Shown: piece by piece, positions 40,265 to 53,324 of the stretch
Position numbering within the stretch: the stretch's first letter is position 1
How the letters are laid out: every line of letters starts with the position of its first letter
Source of the DNA: Eledone cirrhosa
Lineage: Eukaryota
Direction: 5' to 3'
DNA length: 64,000 nt
Assembly: GCA_964016885.1 (NCBI GenBank)
Contig: OZ024741.1
Location: forward strand, 355,446,001 to 355,510,000
Notes under the pieces: generated by a model
Database searches by the model: none
Seen by the model: only the letters and a program-made list of their open reading frames with translations
What the model was told of the DNA's origin: nothing
Made by a program: the position numbers and the translations under genes

Positions 40265-40860
40265 GATGGGAAAAGACTTGACGATCTTACTCTATGCTCC
40301 TGGTCAAGAGGCAGGTGCCTTACCTGGGACGTCACAGTTAGTGACTTTTTTGATTCTTCACACATCCTGGATGCAGCGGTAAGGGCGAGAGCTAAGCATC
40401 CGCAGCTGAACGGAACAAAATCCTAAAATACCGTGTTCTGTCAGCTAACTACATTATCCAACTTGTGGCGTTCGAGACATTTGAGGGAGTCGGGCTACTG
40501 ACAGCGAGGTTCTTATCTTCACTGGCGGCTCGCCAAACAGAGGTAACTGGTGATGCTCATGAGGGCACTTGGTTGTTCCATCACCTCAGGTAACGCTGCA
40601 AGCGTGCTGGCCTGCCTCAAAAATTATTAGAGGAGGTTCCCCAGTGCTCCTCGCTATATAGCTATCTTTTGCTCTGGTAGCGGCTGGTTTTTCCACTCTT
40701 TCGCCTGCATATTGTTCTGTGGTCTAAGATGTGTGTATTACCTGCTTGTGTATTTTTTCTCTTTCTTTTTTTCCTTTCCCTTTCCTTTGTATATATTATA
40801 TTTGTTAGTGTTTTTGTTCTGTAACCATTATATTAAATGAATTAAAAAAAAAAAGAGTTA
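40265..40860 (+). mobile_element. 3' end of CRE-like non-LTR retrotransposon (restriction-like endonuclease domain) with poly(A)
   Basis: DGKRLDDLTLCSWSRGRCLTWDVT; KILKY; VAFETFEGVG; TGDAHEGTWLF; GNAASVL across frameshifts; A-tract ~40843-40853. Confidence 0.72.
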
Positions 40861-42434
40861 ATAAATAAATAAAACGTTATACTTGTTTTACCTTCCCATT
40901 TCCACTTCACTGAACACTATCATGACTGTGTGTGTTTGTGTAAATATATATGCTTGTCCTGCATTGGGTACCACCTGACACTCAGCTCTCACATGTGGAC
41001 CCAAGAAGCTATAGCATGCGACAGCGGCCACACCCTGGTAAACAGCCTTGGCTGGCGGGCCGAACCAGGTTGAGGGTAGCCGGATGGGTCTGAAACCCAC
41101 CGGTGAGTTAGACAGGCGATGCCTGCTTCTGCATGCGAAGACTAGACCCGGCGGAGTGAGTGGAGGAGGACAACATCGTCCCAACGGTCACAAAGGCGGC
41201 GACAGCAAGCGGTGTGGAGCGCTAGGGCACGGCAAGGCACTACAGACGTCGTGGCCATTCACTGCAGCCAAGGAAGTCCCTGGTCGTGACGGACCTCCGT
41301 ACCACCGGATTCTGGCTTCTGCGGCCGAATGAGTGGGACCGTCACTGTGCACTGGCCCTCCCACTATAAACCTTTCCCGTACAGGTTTCTTCTTTAGCAT
41401 GCACTCCCAAAGCCCTGCGGCGATGGCCTCCACAGCCACCTTCGTGCCCATGGCAGACGGGGACTAAAATAAAGAAGATGTCATCATTGTTTACGATGGA
41501 CAACCAAGGAATGGGAGAAGTGGTGACAAATTGGTAAAGTCATTTGAATGCTTTATGGTATTAATTCCAGCTCTCTGCGTTCTGAGGTCAGCGTTGCCTT
41601 ACATCTTTCGAAGTTGATAAAAGAAAAGTACCAGTCCGGTACTTGGTCGATTGTTGCTCTATATCTGTTTCTCAATTCCTCTCTCATTTTTTCGCCTGCT
41701 CTGAAAAGAAATTAGCTGTGCACAGACCTGGTGAGGAAATGGGCTTTGCCAAGTTTAAAAGTGTCCAGGATATCAGGAATTACAAGTCCATGCACACAGA
41801 CAATGGAAGAAGTAATGTTTTATATGTATTATAAAATGAAGATCCTTCACCATAGCCATTACTCTTCTTATCTTAAGTCCACCCCCACCCCTACTTTTTT
41901 TGCCTCCTTTGTTTTAATCCCGTTCATTTCATTCACTGATTATTCTTTATTTTAGAATTGGCCAGTGTTGTTTTGATTAATTAGTATCTCTATTTGTGTT
42001 TCATCACCATTTAGCATCTATATTCCATACTTGCATGGGTTGAACGGATTGTCATATTCTGAGGTTAGACAGGTCAGATGATTGCATTTTACTCGCACAT
42101 TCCATTCTGGCTTGGTCTCTACAGCTGGATACCTTTCTTCATGTCAACCATTTCATAGTGTGTACAAGGTGCAATTTTCATGGTTACAAGCATTACCACC
42201 CGACAGGGTGGACTGGGTGCATTATAATGATATGAATTTTCTTTTTTTTTTTTTCAAACCTACTTTTTCAAAATCCAATTTAATAGGTTTGATAAATTTA
42301 CTAGAACATATTCTGCTGCTTTTTTTTCTGAAGTTCCTTGGTTTCAGCTACAATTTCAACTCCAAGATTACACATCACAGAGTCTGTACCACAATAAATT
42401 ACCTTAACCTAATGTTTTGTGTATGTATTTACAG

Positions 42435-42587
42435 AAATCCTGATGGTGCTGTGGAATATGCCAAACAGACGATATCTGACCTTCTTTGCAACCGTTTCGA
42501 CATTTCCCAGTTAGTGATCACCAAAGAACTCACCAAGTCTGACAAGGACTATTCTGCAAAGCAGGCACATGTAGAACTTGCCAACAG
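42435..42587 (+). CDS. POLD1: POLD1 exon, thumb region ([32 protein letters not shown]...[10 protein letters not shown]); last POLD1 exon found
   Basis: ttacag acceptor, gtacc donor, 153 nt. Confidence 0.96.
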
Positions 42588-42631
42588 GTACCTAGAGCAT
42601 GAGACTCTTTGAAAACACTGCATGCTTTGTT

Positions 42632-44158
42632 ATCATCCTCATCATCATCTTCGTTTAATCTTCCACACTAGCATGGGTTAGACGGGAGTTGTCCAACTTG
42701 AGGCAAGGTTGGTCGGGTGACTGTGTCTCGTTCATATAGGATTATCTGGCAGGTTTTCTACGGCTGGATGCCCTTCCTAACACCAACATTTACAGTGTGG
42801 AACTGGGAACTTTTTACCGTGTTACCTACACGGCCACATTACAGCGTGGACTGTTTTTTTGTTGTGACACCTACACGATCTCGATCTCATCTCATTTATT
42901 TGGACTGGATGTTGTGGTACCAACTTTACAGAGAGAAGGTGGTGTTAGTGGGAGGATAGGGTAGGGGTAGTGGATTGGGGTGTATATTTGGTTAAGAGGT
43001 GCCTACTGACTGTAGGTTTCACTTTGTACATAGGCAAGGCAGGTCTTCTATATTACTGCATAGCACCAAAGATCTCGGTCCAGTGACATTGTCTTAGAGA
43101 GGTCAAGTGTGTAAGGTCGGAATTTATCAAATCGTCCCAGGTTTTTCTGGGTCTACCTACTCCGTAACTACCATCAATTTTGATCGCCCTGCATTTTTTA
43201 TAGAGCTGTCGTCTTTCATGCGCATCACGTGACCATGCCAACGCAGTCTTCTCTCAAGTAAACAGCATCTGATCTCTCTTATTCCTAAGTTCATTTATGC
43301 TTTGCCGTTCACGTATATTACTATTATACGTCCAACAGAGCATGCATGCTTCGTTCCTTTCCAGTCTGCGCAAGTCCTCTGCACGCAATGACCATGTCTC
43401 ACTGCCATGTAGCATTGCTGTTCGTATACAGGCATCATACAATCTGCCTTTCATTTTTAGAGAGAAACCTTTTGCGGCCAACAGCGGTATAAACTCTCTG
43501 AACTTTTTCCATCCCGTTCTGACTCTGGCTGCTGTACTTTCAGAGCACCCTCCACCACTGCTGATTTTGACACCCAGGTAACGGAAAGTGTCCACTATTT
43601 CTATAGAACCATCTGGGCAATAGAAGGAACTAGTATACTGTGGGTACTTGCTACTTATTGCACCTGAGCATCGGCCACATATAAAATCTACGTTCTTAGA
43701 TAGTTTACCTGTGATCCCACTACATCTTTTATGTACCCATAGTTTGCATTTGGGACATAAAATGGAATTTCTACCTACTCCTTTCCTACACACTGAGCAT
43801 GGCCATTTCCATGAGGGCACCTGTGCTCTATTTTTCTTTCTACAAACTAGAACTTTAGTCTTAGACAAGTTAATTTTAAGGCTTTTGATTCTAGGCCATT
43901 CTTCCATATTTGGAATTTCTTCTCTAGTTCAGCCATAGATTCAGCTGTGAGAGTTAGATCATCTGCATATAGGAGTTCCCATGGGCAGCTGGTCTTAAAC
44001 TCCTCTGTTATAGCCTGAAGGGCAATAATAAATAGGAGGGCGCTAAGAACAGAGCCTTGATGAACACCAACTTTTACACTAAATTCTTCACAATATTCAT
44101 TGTTAATTCTAACCTTACTGACTGTTTCTTTATACATAACTTGTATAGCTCTCACAAG
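42632..44158 (-). mobile_element. 5'-truncated RTE LINE
   Basis: ORFs 43847..44155 (YADD) and 43254..43907 (PHD-like); 3' UTR and tail ~45 bp after a POLD1 donor. Confidence 0.92.
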
Positions 44159-45479
44159 TTAACTGTTAAAACATTTACTATAACAACAACAACTCCAATT
44201 ACAAAAGAAGCAACTACAATGACTGGAAAGAAACATACAACAACAGCAATTACAACTACTTTATTACTAAAAGCACAACAAAAGTGACAACAAGAACAAT
44301 ATTGCTAAAAGTGCTAAAAATGTGACAGCACCATCAATTTCTCTGTTATAACTATAAAAGCAGGGACAACAATAACAACAACACTATTTTTACAAGTATA
44401 AAAGCAGCTAGAAACACCAACATCAACAAACAGTGCTGACCCTACTATACACACATTAACCAACAATACTCAGGTGTCATTTTCTGACCCTCTCTCACAC
44501 ACACATTACAACAACACAACATTAACCATCAATACTTGTGGGTGGGAGGATCATCCTCTGGTATTTTGCCACCACTGCCACACACACATTAAAACTACAA
44601 TAACAACATTAATCAGCAATGCTCAGGTGTACTTTACTGCCCAGCCCACCCTCTACATACACACACATTAAAACAAAAACTGTACTCAGGTGTCACTGCT
44701 CTCCTCCCTCTCACCTTACTATACCTAATATTCAGAGCCTTCACAACAATTATACCCAGGTATCACTGCCAACCTTCTCTCTCTTTCCCATCACTCCTGC
44801 CACATATGCACACCCAAGTTACCCCACACGCCAAAAATAACTACTACTACAGGAACAATTAGAGCAACAACAACAATAGTAACAATAACTGGCCTTGCCG
44901 AGCATCACAGCCCCTCTCATCTGCAGCAGCAACTGTCTTGGGTGGGTATCATGACTCCTCGCCACACTTAAACAGCAACAACTGCCTTGGGTGGGTATTA
45001 CCCTCACCACACCTGAAACAACAACAAGTGCCCTAGGGGTTACCTTGCCCCACTACATTCTACAACCAAAACATGTCTCTGACAGATCACCTACAAAATA
45101 TACACACACACTACACATACCTCAATATACATATACATACCAACCTAATAAAAAGACACACAAACTCTACCATATAGACACAACTACACATACACACTAC
45201 CACACATAAACACTACCAGGAACACACACTACCAGACATATGCATGCATCAAAACAAACAAACAAAAACGGCTTCAACCTATTTTTTCATTGTTTTATTA
45301 AACTATTTTTATATTTATTGCAGACAGATTGAGTTGAGTTACTTATTTATCTTTATTTGGTGATCTTTGAGATCCTTAGTGGTGTATTAGGACTCTCTCA
45401 TTTGCTGTCTAGTTTCAGCAGTGACAGTTCATTCAGCTCAGCACAGCACTGCCTTCGTGGCAGAGTTTGTTCATTCTAT

Positions 45480-45720
45480 GTCCTTCTGCTAAGCATAGTA
45501 ATGCCATGGCGGCAGTGCTGCACTTGTATCAGCACTGACCATCTGTTCTCTCCATCCTTATGCAAAGTGTAGCATTGCTTCAGGAGCAGTTTTGTGCTTG
45601 CATCAGCGATGACTGTTCATTCTTTCCATCCTTCTGTTAAGTAGAGCTCTGCCTTGGGTCAGCGCTGTGCTTGCATCGGTGGTGACCATTCATTCTCTCC
45701 ATCCTTCTACTAAGTGTCGT
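45480..45720. repeat. Degenerate ~70 bp tandem repeat, 3-4 copies
   Basis: tgcttgcatcagcg.tgac..ttcattctctccatccttctg.taagt units. Confidence 0.6.
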
Positions 45721-46349
45721 ACTTATATACACAAACACTCAAAAATCCATGAAAATTTTTCAGGGATAAATATATGGGCATTCAAATTTCAAGTTTACCA
45801 AACCTTATCGTCTAAATTGAGCTTTTTTTCAAAGTGACCAATTTGCATTGTAATGTTTTTGTTTTTATTTTTTTACATAAGATGGATTATACTTAGATAT
45901 ACACATTTCATACAAAAAATTAGCTTGGATTCTTATTTTCTTCAAAAGTTATGGTACATCCCCTGAAATCTCTATATTGCACAACGGGTTTACATAGATG
46001 TAATCTCAGCACCTCAATGAAACTTAATATAAGTTTAAAAGAGATATTTAGATGATATTTTAATTCTTGGAGTTTAACTTTATTTTGCTAATAGTTGCTC
46101 TTTATGTTAAAAAACACTGATAAATGTAGTTAAATTATTACATCATAGTCAAATTGCATGATGATTTAAGAATGATTAACAAACTACAACTAGCTATTAC
46201 TAAAGTGAGAAATTGTGGGAAAGGAAAAATTGAACAAGTAGAGGAGGCAGTAACTAAGAAATTTGCTACAATGCTAAAGTTAGAACCCCAACATCAACCA
46301 TGAAAGAATAGAGAAAATAAAGTAAACAATAAGTTGATAACAAAAGCTG

Positions 46350-47200
46350 ATGATCTTGATCATTTAGTTTATAAAATGAAGGAAAAACTCACACACCCTC
46401 AAAAACTTCAACTATTGACATTAACCCCTAAATCATTGTCGCTAATGTATGCAGTCAAGGAATTTATAGGATTCAGGGGTACCATGTGAAAGGTAATGAC
46501 TTTGAGAGAACAAAGGGAATATTGGCTATGCCAGATCTTAGTGTTGGAAGTGACGGTCAGTTCCAGATATTATTTTTGCCTGCAAACAACATGTAGTTAT
46601 AAATAACATACAAGCATAGACTAATAGTGACTAGTCTCACCATCATTAAAACCAATAAAACCTGTTTTGAGATACAACTTTGTAAGAGGCCAGCTAAACC
46701 TACATACATATGAGCTACAACAACATGATAGGTGTTTCAACAATAGGGGCCCCAGTCCTAAGAAACTTCCTGTGAGATACAACTTTTTTCTTGAGCAAAA
46801 TACCTCATTTCTGGTTGTTTTCACAATAGGACTGGGGCTCCTGTCATTAAAAGCACTTAAAAAACCTTCTTTGAGATGCAACCGCATGAGGCTAGCTAAA
46901 ACCTTTGTGAAAGAGTTTTATTAATGATGAACATTCATGTCTAACAAAATGAAACATATCAAATTGCCTAATGCAACCTTGAAGAGCTATATTCACAATT
47001 TAAAGTGAATGTACAGATAGTACAGATAGGTATTTTTTTTCAACATTTGAATCACTGCGGCCAAAGTGATGCATCATTGCAGGAGCCTCTGGTATACACT
47101 TTGTATATGTTTGTACTCATCACCAAAATGTGAAGCTTATGTTGCAGGCTTCAAATCTGTACAAAACTTATGACTTGATTGACATGATTGTTTATGACTG
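46350..47200 (+). pseudogene. Decayed DNA-transposase-like fragment, superfamily unassigned
   Basis: QKLQLLTLTPKS, GILAMP, FVKEFY, CNLEELYSQFK, SLRPK*CIIAGASGIHFVYVCTHHQNVKLML; resembles repetitive invertebrate transposase-like proteins (from memory). Confidence 0.5.
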
Positions 47201-47279
47201 TAACATCCAGATTCAGAGAACTCTCTGAACAAATTGAGAATGTTGAGACGGAGGGGAAACTGTTCAGCTTGGCAGTTTC

Positions 47280-48530
47280 TACCTCATCTGTTAAATGCTG
47301 GGGATAAAAGCAGCTGGGTGACAGGAGGACCTCTTAGTTCAATCAGGGGGTGAAAGATGCCCCCGAGCAAAGTTTGGCTTGGAAACATGTCCTTGCACGT
47401 GCGGTAAAAGCAGGCATGGAAAGTTGCAGCAGAGACAGTAAAGGCATTGAATGTTATGACATGCGAAGACTTTATGGTTAAGCTGGAATTTGACTTTAGA
47501 TCAGAAAGGTGCATCCTCTTAAGATGGAGAGAATACTTTGCTTGTCTCCTTAATCTAGTCACAACATCATCTGATGTACATGAGGTACATCTAGGCATGA
47601 TGACTAACCTCTCAGAGGCTGAGATCACTAGAGCAATTAAAGAGCTAAAAAAGGTAGCAAGGCTGCTGGGGAGGAGACAATTCAGCCTAAGATGTTAAAA
47701 GCCTATTCTCTAGTTGACTCATATATGTTGGGTGACCTGGATCTCTAGAAAGGCATCTAAGCAATTGCAATCAGGAGTGATAATCCCGATTTTCAAAAGG
47801 GAGACAAGAGGGATTGTTCCAATTGTAGATGGATCTCCTTGTTAAGCCCAGTAAAGTCTATATTAAGTGTCTGGTAAAGAGATATGTAGGTATATTGTCG
47901 AGTATAAGCTATCTGACAAACATTGTGACTTTTGTTCTTGATGCAACACAGCTGACCAAATATTCACACTGTGGCAGATCTTTGTGTGTGTAGGACTCTG
48001 CCAAGGGTGTGTACTGTCATCTCTCCTATTCATAATCTTCATGGACAGGATTGATAATTCCAGCTGGATTGGATGTGATATCAAGACTGGCAAGTATAGG
48101 AATTGTTGACTGGAATTTTCAGATGACACAGTACTACTTAACTCGCTGGAAGGTGATCTCCAACATGTACTTGATAGGTTTGCTGTTGAGTGCTGCATAA
48201 CAAAAATGAAAATCAGTGCTGCAATGACTGAGACAATAGTCCTCTCAAGGAAGCCTCTATATGTGAATGGAGTTCCACTGAAGCAGGTGAAGTTATTCAA
48301 GTATCTTGGAGCTGTTTTCAGGAGTGATGGAAGGCAGGAGGCTGAATTAAGTGCAAGAATTGCAGGAGCTGGTACAAGATGGTTGAATAACATCCACGAG
48401 CTCAGCTGATCTGACTTGGGGGTCCAGCCTAATCAGTTTGAAACAGTTGCTTTTGACAGGACCCGCTAGGAGTGTTTAAGGACTCTTCCCCCTCGACCCT
48501 CTCAGGAATATGGGAGGAGGAGAAGAAGAA
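47280..48530 (+). pseudogene. Old RTE LINE of a second family (Expander/BovB-like) with (AAG)n-type tail
   Basis: ILLRWREYFACLLN, QGCVLSSLLFIIFMDRI, FSDD, KYLGAVFRSDG; related pieces at 39368-40000(-), 3709-3862(-), 10277-10480(-). Confidence 0.75.
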
Positions 48531-48608
48531 GGCTGTAATGTGTTTGGTGAAAAGAAAACATTAAGAAATTACAAATTTATTATCATTATTATTATTATAT
48601 ATTTATTA

Positions 48609-48826
48609 TTACATTAAATCAGGTATGTTATAATATTTATTGAGAGGGATTTCGAAACAGAAGTCGCTTGGATGTCTTCTTTCCTTGCGTGTCCATATGC
48701 AGGCAATGATGATGATGATAAAAGCTATACCATAGAAGAGCAGAAGGAGAACTGCTAAAGTGCTGCCATCTATACCAGATGATGCCACTCCTTCAATTAG
48801 TGGTTGGCTGGATTTAATTTTGGTTT
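48609..48826 (-). CDS. Terminal coding exon: stalk, TM helix and cytoplasmic tail (ETKIKSSQPLIEGVASSGIDGSTLAVLLLLFYGIAFIIIIIACIWTRKERRHPSDFCFEIPLNKYYNIPDLM*)
   Basis: T-rich tract + taaag acceptor, phase 1 fits previous exon; ~22 hydrophobic residues then RKERR; TAA at 48611-48609; AATAAA hexamers just downstream. Confidence 0.85.
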
Positions 48827-49840
48827 CTTTAAATTAAACAAAAATTACAGAATAAGAAAATAAGAAAAAAAAAAAAAACAGACAAGGAAAGTTGTAAATT
48901 AGATTAATAACCCATGCTAGCGTGGAAAGTGGACGTTAAACGAGGATGATGATGATGATGATGATATCATCAAAATTGAATATCACTTAACTAGAATGTA
49001 AAGAAATCTAAACCAAATTCACAAACTCAAGCAAATAGAAATCATAGTTATACAATCATCCCTACCCTCCATACCATATCACACCAGCCATAAATTACGA
49101 TGCAGGAAGGTTCCATGAGTATGTGGTAATGAACCTGTACTCCAAAAAGGTTAAGTGGACCCTTCTGTCACAATATGACAACTCTAGTGCTAATGCCATG
49201 AAAAATGGAAATTAAATGATGATTGTGTGTGTATATCAGATAAGACATCTAGTCCTGTTTATATTTGTCCTCATCATTAAATATTTATTGACACCATGTG
49301 GTTTGAAGCTCATTCAGACTCTTGTCTCTTAACAGATATAAAGGCATTTTGTACAGTGTGGGACACATCAAAGCTTAATGGTTAAAGTGTCTAGCCGGTA
49401 TCAGGACTATATGGGGTTCAATTCCTTATAGCGGCTGATGGCAACTTAAGGGCGTTCACCTTATTTTATAACCTATCTTTGTAGCATTTCTGTGCATGAG
49501 CACTTTCTTTATAACAAGGAAAACAACAAATTTTTAAAATTTTTTGCTTAGATTTCTGTTTTTTGCTTTGACTGCATTCCCATATATGGACTGTACCCCT
49601 TGATAAGTTCAGTTAGATTCCCGCCGTTCTAATACTGGTGGCTTAGTTTGGATCTATCTGTCGAAACAGCCAGAGCTCAGCCGTCGGGGTCCTGAATCTT
49701 TTCATATTACCCACTCTACTACTCCAAGTATCAAGTACTCTGGTGCATTATGGTCCACCTGTTATCTTACCACACCCTATCTGATCTGTACTTATATATA
49801 TATATACAAAGAGAGAGATAGACAAATACATAAATACAGG

Positions 49841-51038
49841 AAACTAGGTGTTGAGGAATGGCTTGTGAGGACAGTGCAAACTTTGTACAGAGGTACTGTC
49901 AGTAAAGTCAGGGTAGGAATGGAGTTTAGTGAGGAATTCCAGATACAAGTAGGAGTACATCAAGGTTCGGTCCTCAGCCAGCTCTTGTTCATTATAGTCC
50001 TCCAAGCCATAACAGAGGAGTTTAAGACTGGCTGCCCATGGGAACTTCTCTATGCTGACGATCTGGTTCTTATAGCAAAATCAGTAGAGGAGCTAGAGAA
50101 TAAATTTGGCTATGGAAACAGCAGTTGGAAGCAAGAGGACTGAGAGTGAATCTAGCTAAGACAAAAGTCTTGATGAGTAGAAAAGAGGACAAAACTCTGA
50201 TTCCGTCAGGAAAATGGCCATGTTCGATATGCAGAAAAGGAACTGGCATAAATTCTATAAAATGCACACAATGCAGATCCTGGGTACACAAGAGATGTAG
50301 TGGGATAGCAGGCAAACTAACAGGTAGGGAGAAATACGTATGCAGTAGATGTACAGGGAAATTAGACAGTAGAAGTCGCATTGATAGACACATTTTTCCA
50401 ATGAAGGTGGGTGCTATAGAAGTGGTGGATAGCTTCCGGTACCTAGGAGATCAGATTAGCATTGGAGGGGGGTGTTCCGAGGCCATAGTATCTAGAATAA
50501 GGACGGGCTGGAAGAAGTTTAGGGAGCTGCTTCCTCTGCTGACGAAGAAGGGTTTCTCCTTGTGTACGAAAGGCCGGTTATATGATGCCTGTGTGAGGAG
50601 CGTGATGCTGCATGGTAGTGAGACATGGGCAGCAACTGCAGAGAATAAGCGATGGCTGGAGATAAATGAGGCAACCATGCTCTGTTGGATGTGCAATGTG
50701 TGTGAACAACCCAGCATGAATGTGTTGAGAGAGAAACTGTGTCTGAGAGGGATAGAATGTAGTGTGCGAGAGAAGAGACTGAGGTGGTATGGACATGTGA
50801 TGCGCATGGAGGATGACTGATGAGTGAAGAAGTGTCAGGAAATACCAGTTAAAGGAAGACGTGGTAGAGGTAGACCACGAAAAACATGGGCGGAGGTGGT
50901 GAGAACAGACCTCAGATCACTGAAGCTCATGGTGGAGATGACGAAGGACCATGACAAGTGGAGAGATGCTGTGCTAAATAAGACCCGTCCCACCCTTGCA
51001 AGCAGGGAAAAGCGGACGTAAAATGATGATGATGATGA
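49841..51038 (+). mobile_element. 5'-truncated RTE LINE
   Basis: ORFs 49865, 50125, 50824; (ATG)n tail. Confidence 0.92.
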
Positions 51039-51599
51039 TAAATATATATGGATTGAGTGAGGTTTAGTGTCAGTGCATGGTACCTCAGGCAATTGTCTTC
51101 TATGGAGTCAGCCTAAGACTTTTGAGTGAAGTTTGGAAGATTAAAACTATAGAGGCCCGTCAAATAACAGTCCCCTTTTGGGGTTGTAATAAGACTGATT
51201 TAACAGTACCATCTGGATTTCATTTAGACTAGATAACTTCCTCCCTTCTTTATACCAACCTCAGAATTATAAAAGATCATGGGTACTACCCTAGATCCCT
51301 TGGCTTAGCTACTATTCTAAAGACAAACTTTTTAATCAGCCTGGTTACAGTTTAATAAGAGACAAAAATGTATCTGCAACTGGTGTAGCCACTCACTTGG
51401 GTGCCATTCTATATGTTTGACTGAGTGTCTATCATAGCATTTTAGTGGGTCTTAGAAATGTATGGTGGTGCTCATCTCCTTTTTGATTGTGCAGTTCCCC
51501 ACTAAGTTTAACCTACTAGCAGACGTGGGGTATGGCTGAAAAATGTCAGTTCATCCCTTAAGGATGTTGCTACTAGATATCAAAGTATTCTCTCTACCT

Positions 51600-52105
51600 G
51601 AACATCCCAGTATTGAGATAAAATTTCTTCAAATGACTTCGTTCTATCTTTGAAGAAACAGTAGGTAACAGTTGGAATAACATTTCTTTACACTGTTTCA
51701 CTCTACTTTCAAAGAGGCAGTTGGTAATGATATGTCCATTTTTGAAATAATGTTTTTTACATCATGGATAACAGTATGTTCAGTATTGCAATAATGTTTC
51801 TTTAAAATACTTCACTCTATTTTCAAAAGAACATATAACAATAGGCTCAGTATTGAAATAATGTTTCTTTACATCATTTCACTCTATTTTGAAAGAGACA
51901 ATATCTGGTTTTGAGATAATGATTCCTTAAAACCTGAATAACAATACATCTGGTATTGCAATAATATTTCTTTAAATCAATTTCACTCTTCTTTAAAAAA
52001 AATATAAGATAATGCTATACGCTATATTGAAATAATGTCTCTTTAAATCGTTTCACTCTAATTTCAAAGAGACAGTGAGTAACATTACATCCAGTTTTGA
52101 AATAA
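51600..52105. repeat. Degenerate AT-rich tandem repeat (~45-70 bp units)
   Basis: Recurrent cagtattgaaataatgtttcttta..tttcactctattttcaaaga. Confidence 0.7.
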
Positions 52106-52243
52106 AAAGAATGATCAAAATATAATTATAATGATTAGAGAATAAAATGTTATATAATAGAGATAAGTTTTGAATAGATAAGTTGTGAGTTAGTCATAGA
52201 AAACAGCTTTTCTATTGCCTTGAAATTCAAGAGAAGAACTTAC

Positions 52244-52378
52244 CACAAAGTTTGCCTGACAACCAGTTTGGACAGCGGCAATAAAAGTCATCTATCTGGT
52301 CAACACAGGTTCCATTACCTTGGCATTGGTTTGGAGTACAATCATCAATGTTGATTTTACATAGTGGTCCTTTGAATC
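52244..52378 (-). CDS. EGF-repeat protein exon (GFKGPLCKINIDDCTPNQCQGNGTCVDQIDDFYCRCPNWLSGKLC)
   Basis: ttaag acceptor, gtaag donor, 135 nt; paralogous to 55794-55928. Confidence 0.93.
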
Positions 52379-53213
52379 CTTAACAAAACAAAACAAAAAA
52401 TAGTAACTGTCAAAATTAGGATTGTTGCCATTATTGGGTAAATCTGTCTTCTTGGGTGTATGTACCTACTGACATTAAGTGGGGAGACATTATTGCTTAC
52501 AGTTATCTCAAGCAACTTTAAAATGGGAGAGATTATTACAGCTATTCCTCATCAACTTTATCATCTTGGCAAACTGGTTGCATGAATCACCATGTCTCTC
52601 ATTCTGCATCTGTCTTGGTTGTCCATTGTTCATGACAAGTCCTCCAAATAGCACTCAGCATCCTCACATAACTATTTCATGTAGGTTCTGTGAGGTCTGC
52701 TCACATTGGAATACACATATTTTGGTGTCCATAACAACATATTGCTGATAATTTCAGTCATCGCTCCCCAGCAGTGTCCTATGAATCTGGTTTGTTTCTC
52801 TTGGATGGCATGAGAAATTGCAGGTAGATGATCATAAAGTTGCTTTTTTGTAAGGTGTTGCTTTCAGGATATGTTTAAAGATGCTCTGAGCAGTCTCGTG
52901 TATGTTCCATCAAGTTTCTTCTGAAGTCAGATAGTGAGTGTATATGTAGTATACCTATACAACATGACTGACGTCATTGTCACTTGGAAGAATTCACATT
53001 TCATTTTTTGGGAGAGTTTTGATTTCCAAATTGGGAGAGATTAATGCTTACAGTTATCTCTAGCAACTTTAAAATAGGACAGATTATTACTTACAGCTAT
53101 CCCTAGCAAAATGAAATGGGAGAGATTGCTCATAGCTACCCCTAGCAAATCAGAATGAGAACCCCCAACCCACTTGTGACCATATTTATAATGAAATACA
53201 TTGGTTTACTTAC

Positions 53214-53324
53214 CTCTAGGACAAACACAGTATTTTATGCCATTATCATTTTTCAGACAAATCCCTTCATTAAAACAAATATTCTCGTCACATGGAACAA
53301 AGTTTTTGTCTGGCTGGGTTTCAT
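53214..53324 (-). CDS. EGF-repeat protein exon (ETQPDKNFVPCDENICFNEGICLKNDNGIKYCVCPR)
   Basis: ctcag acceptor, gtaag donor, 111 nt; paralogous to 61046-61156. Confidence 0.92.

Noticed and set aside
44160-45260. Thr/His-rich ORFs
   Set aside because: ACA/CA-rich low-complexity sequence without splice or domain support
49588-49680. Hammerhead-like TGATAAG...CGAAAC
   Set aside because: Core deviates from CUGANGA and I could not form stem I or the cleavage site
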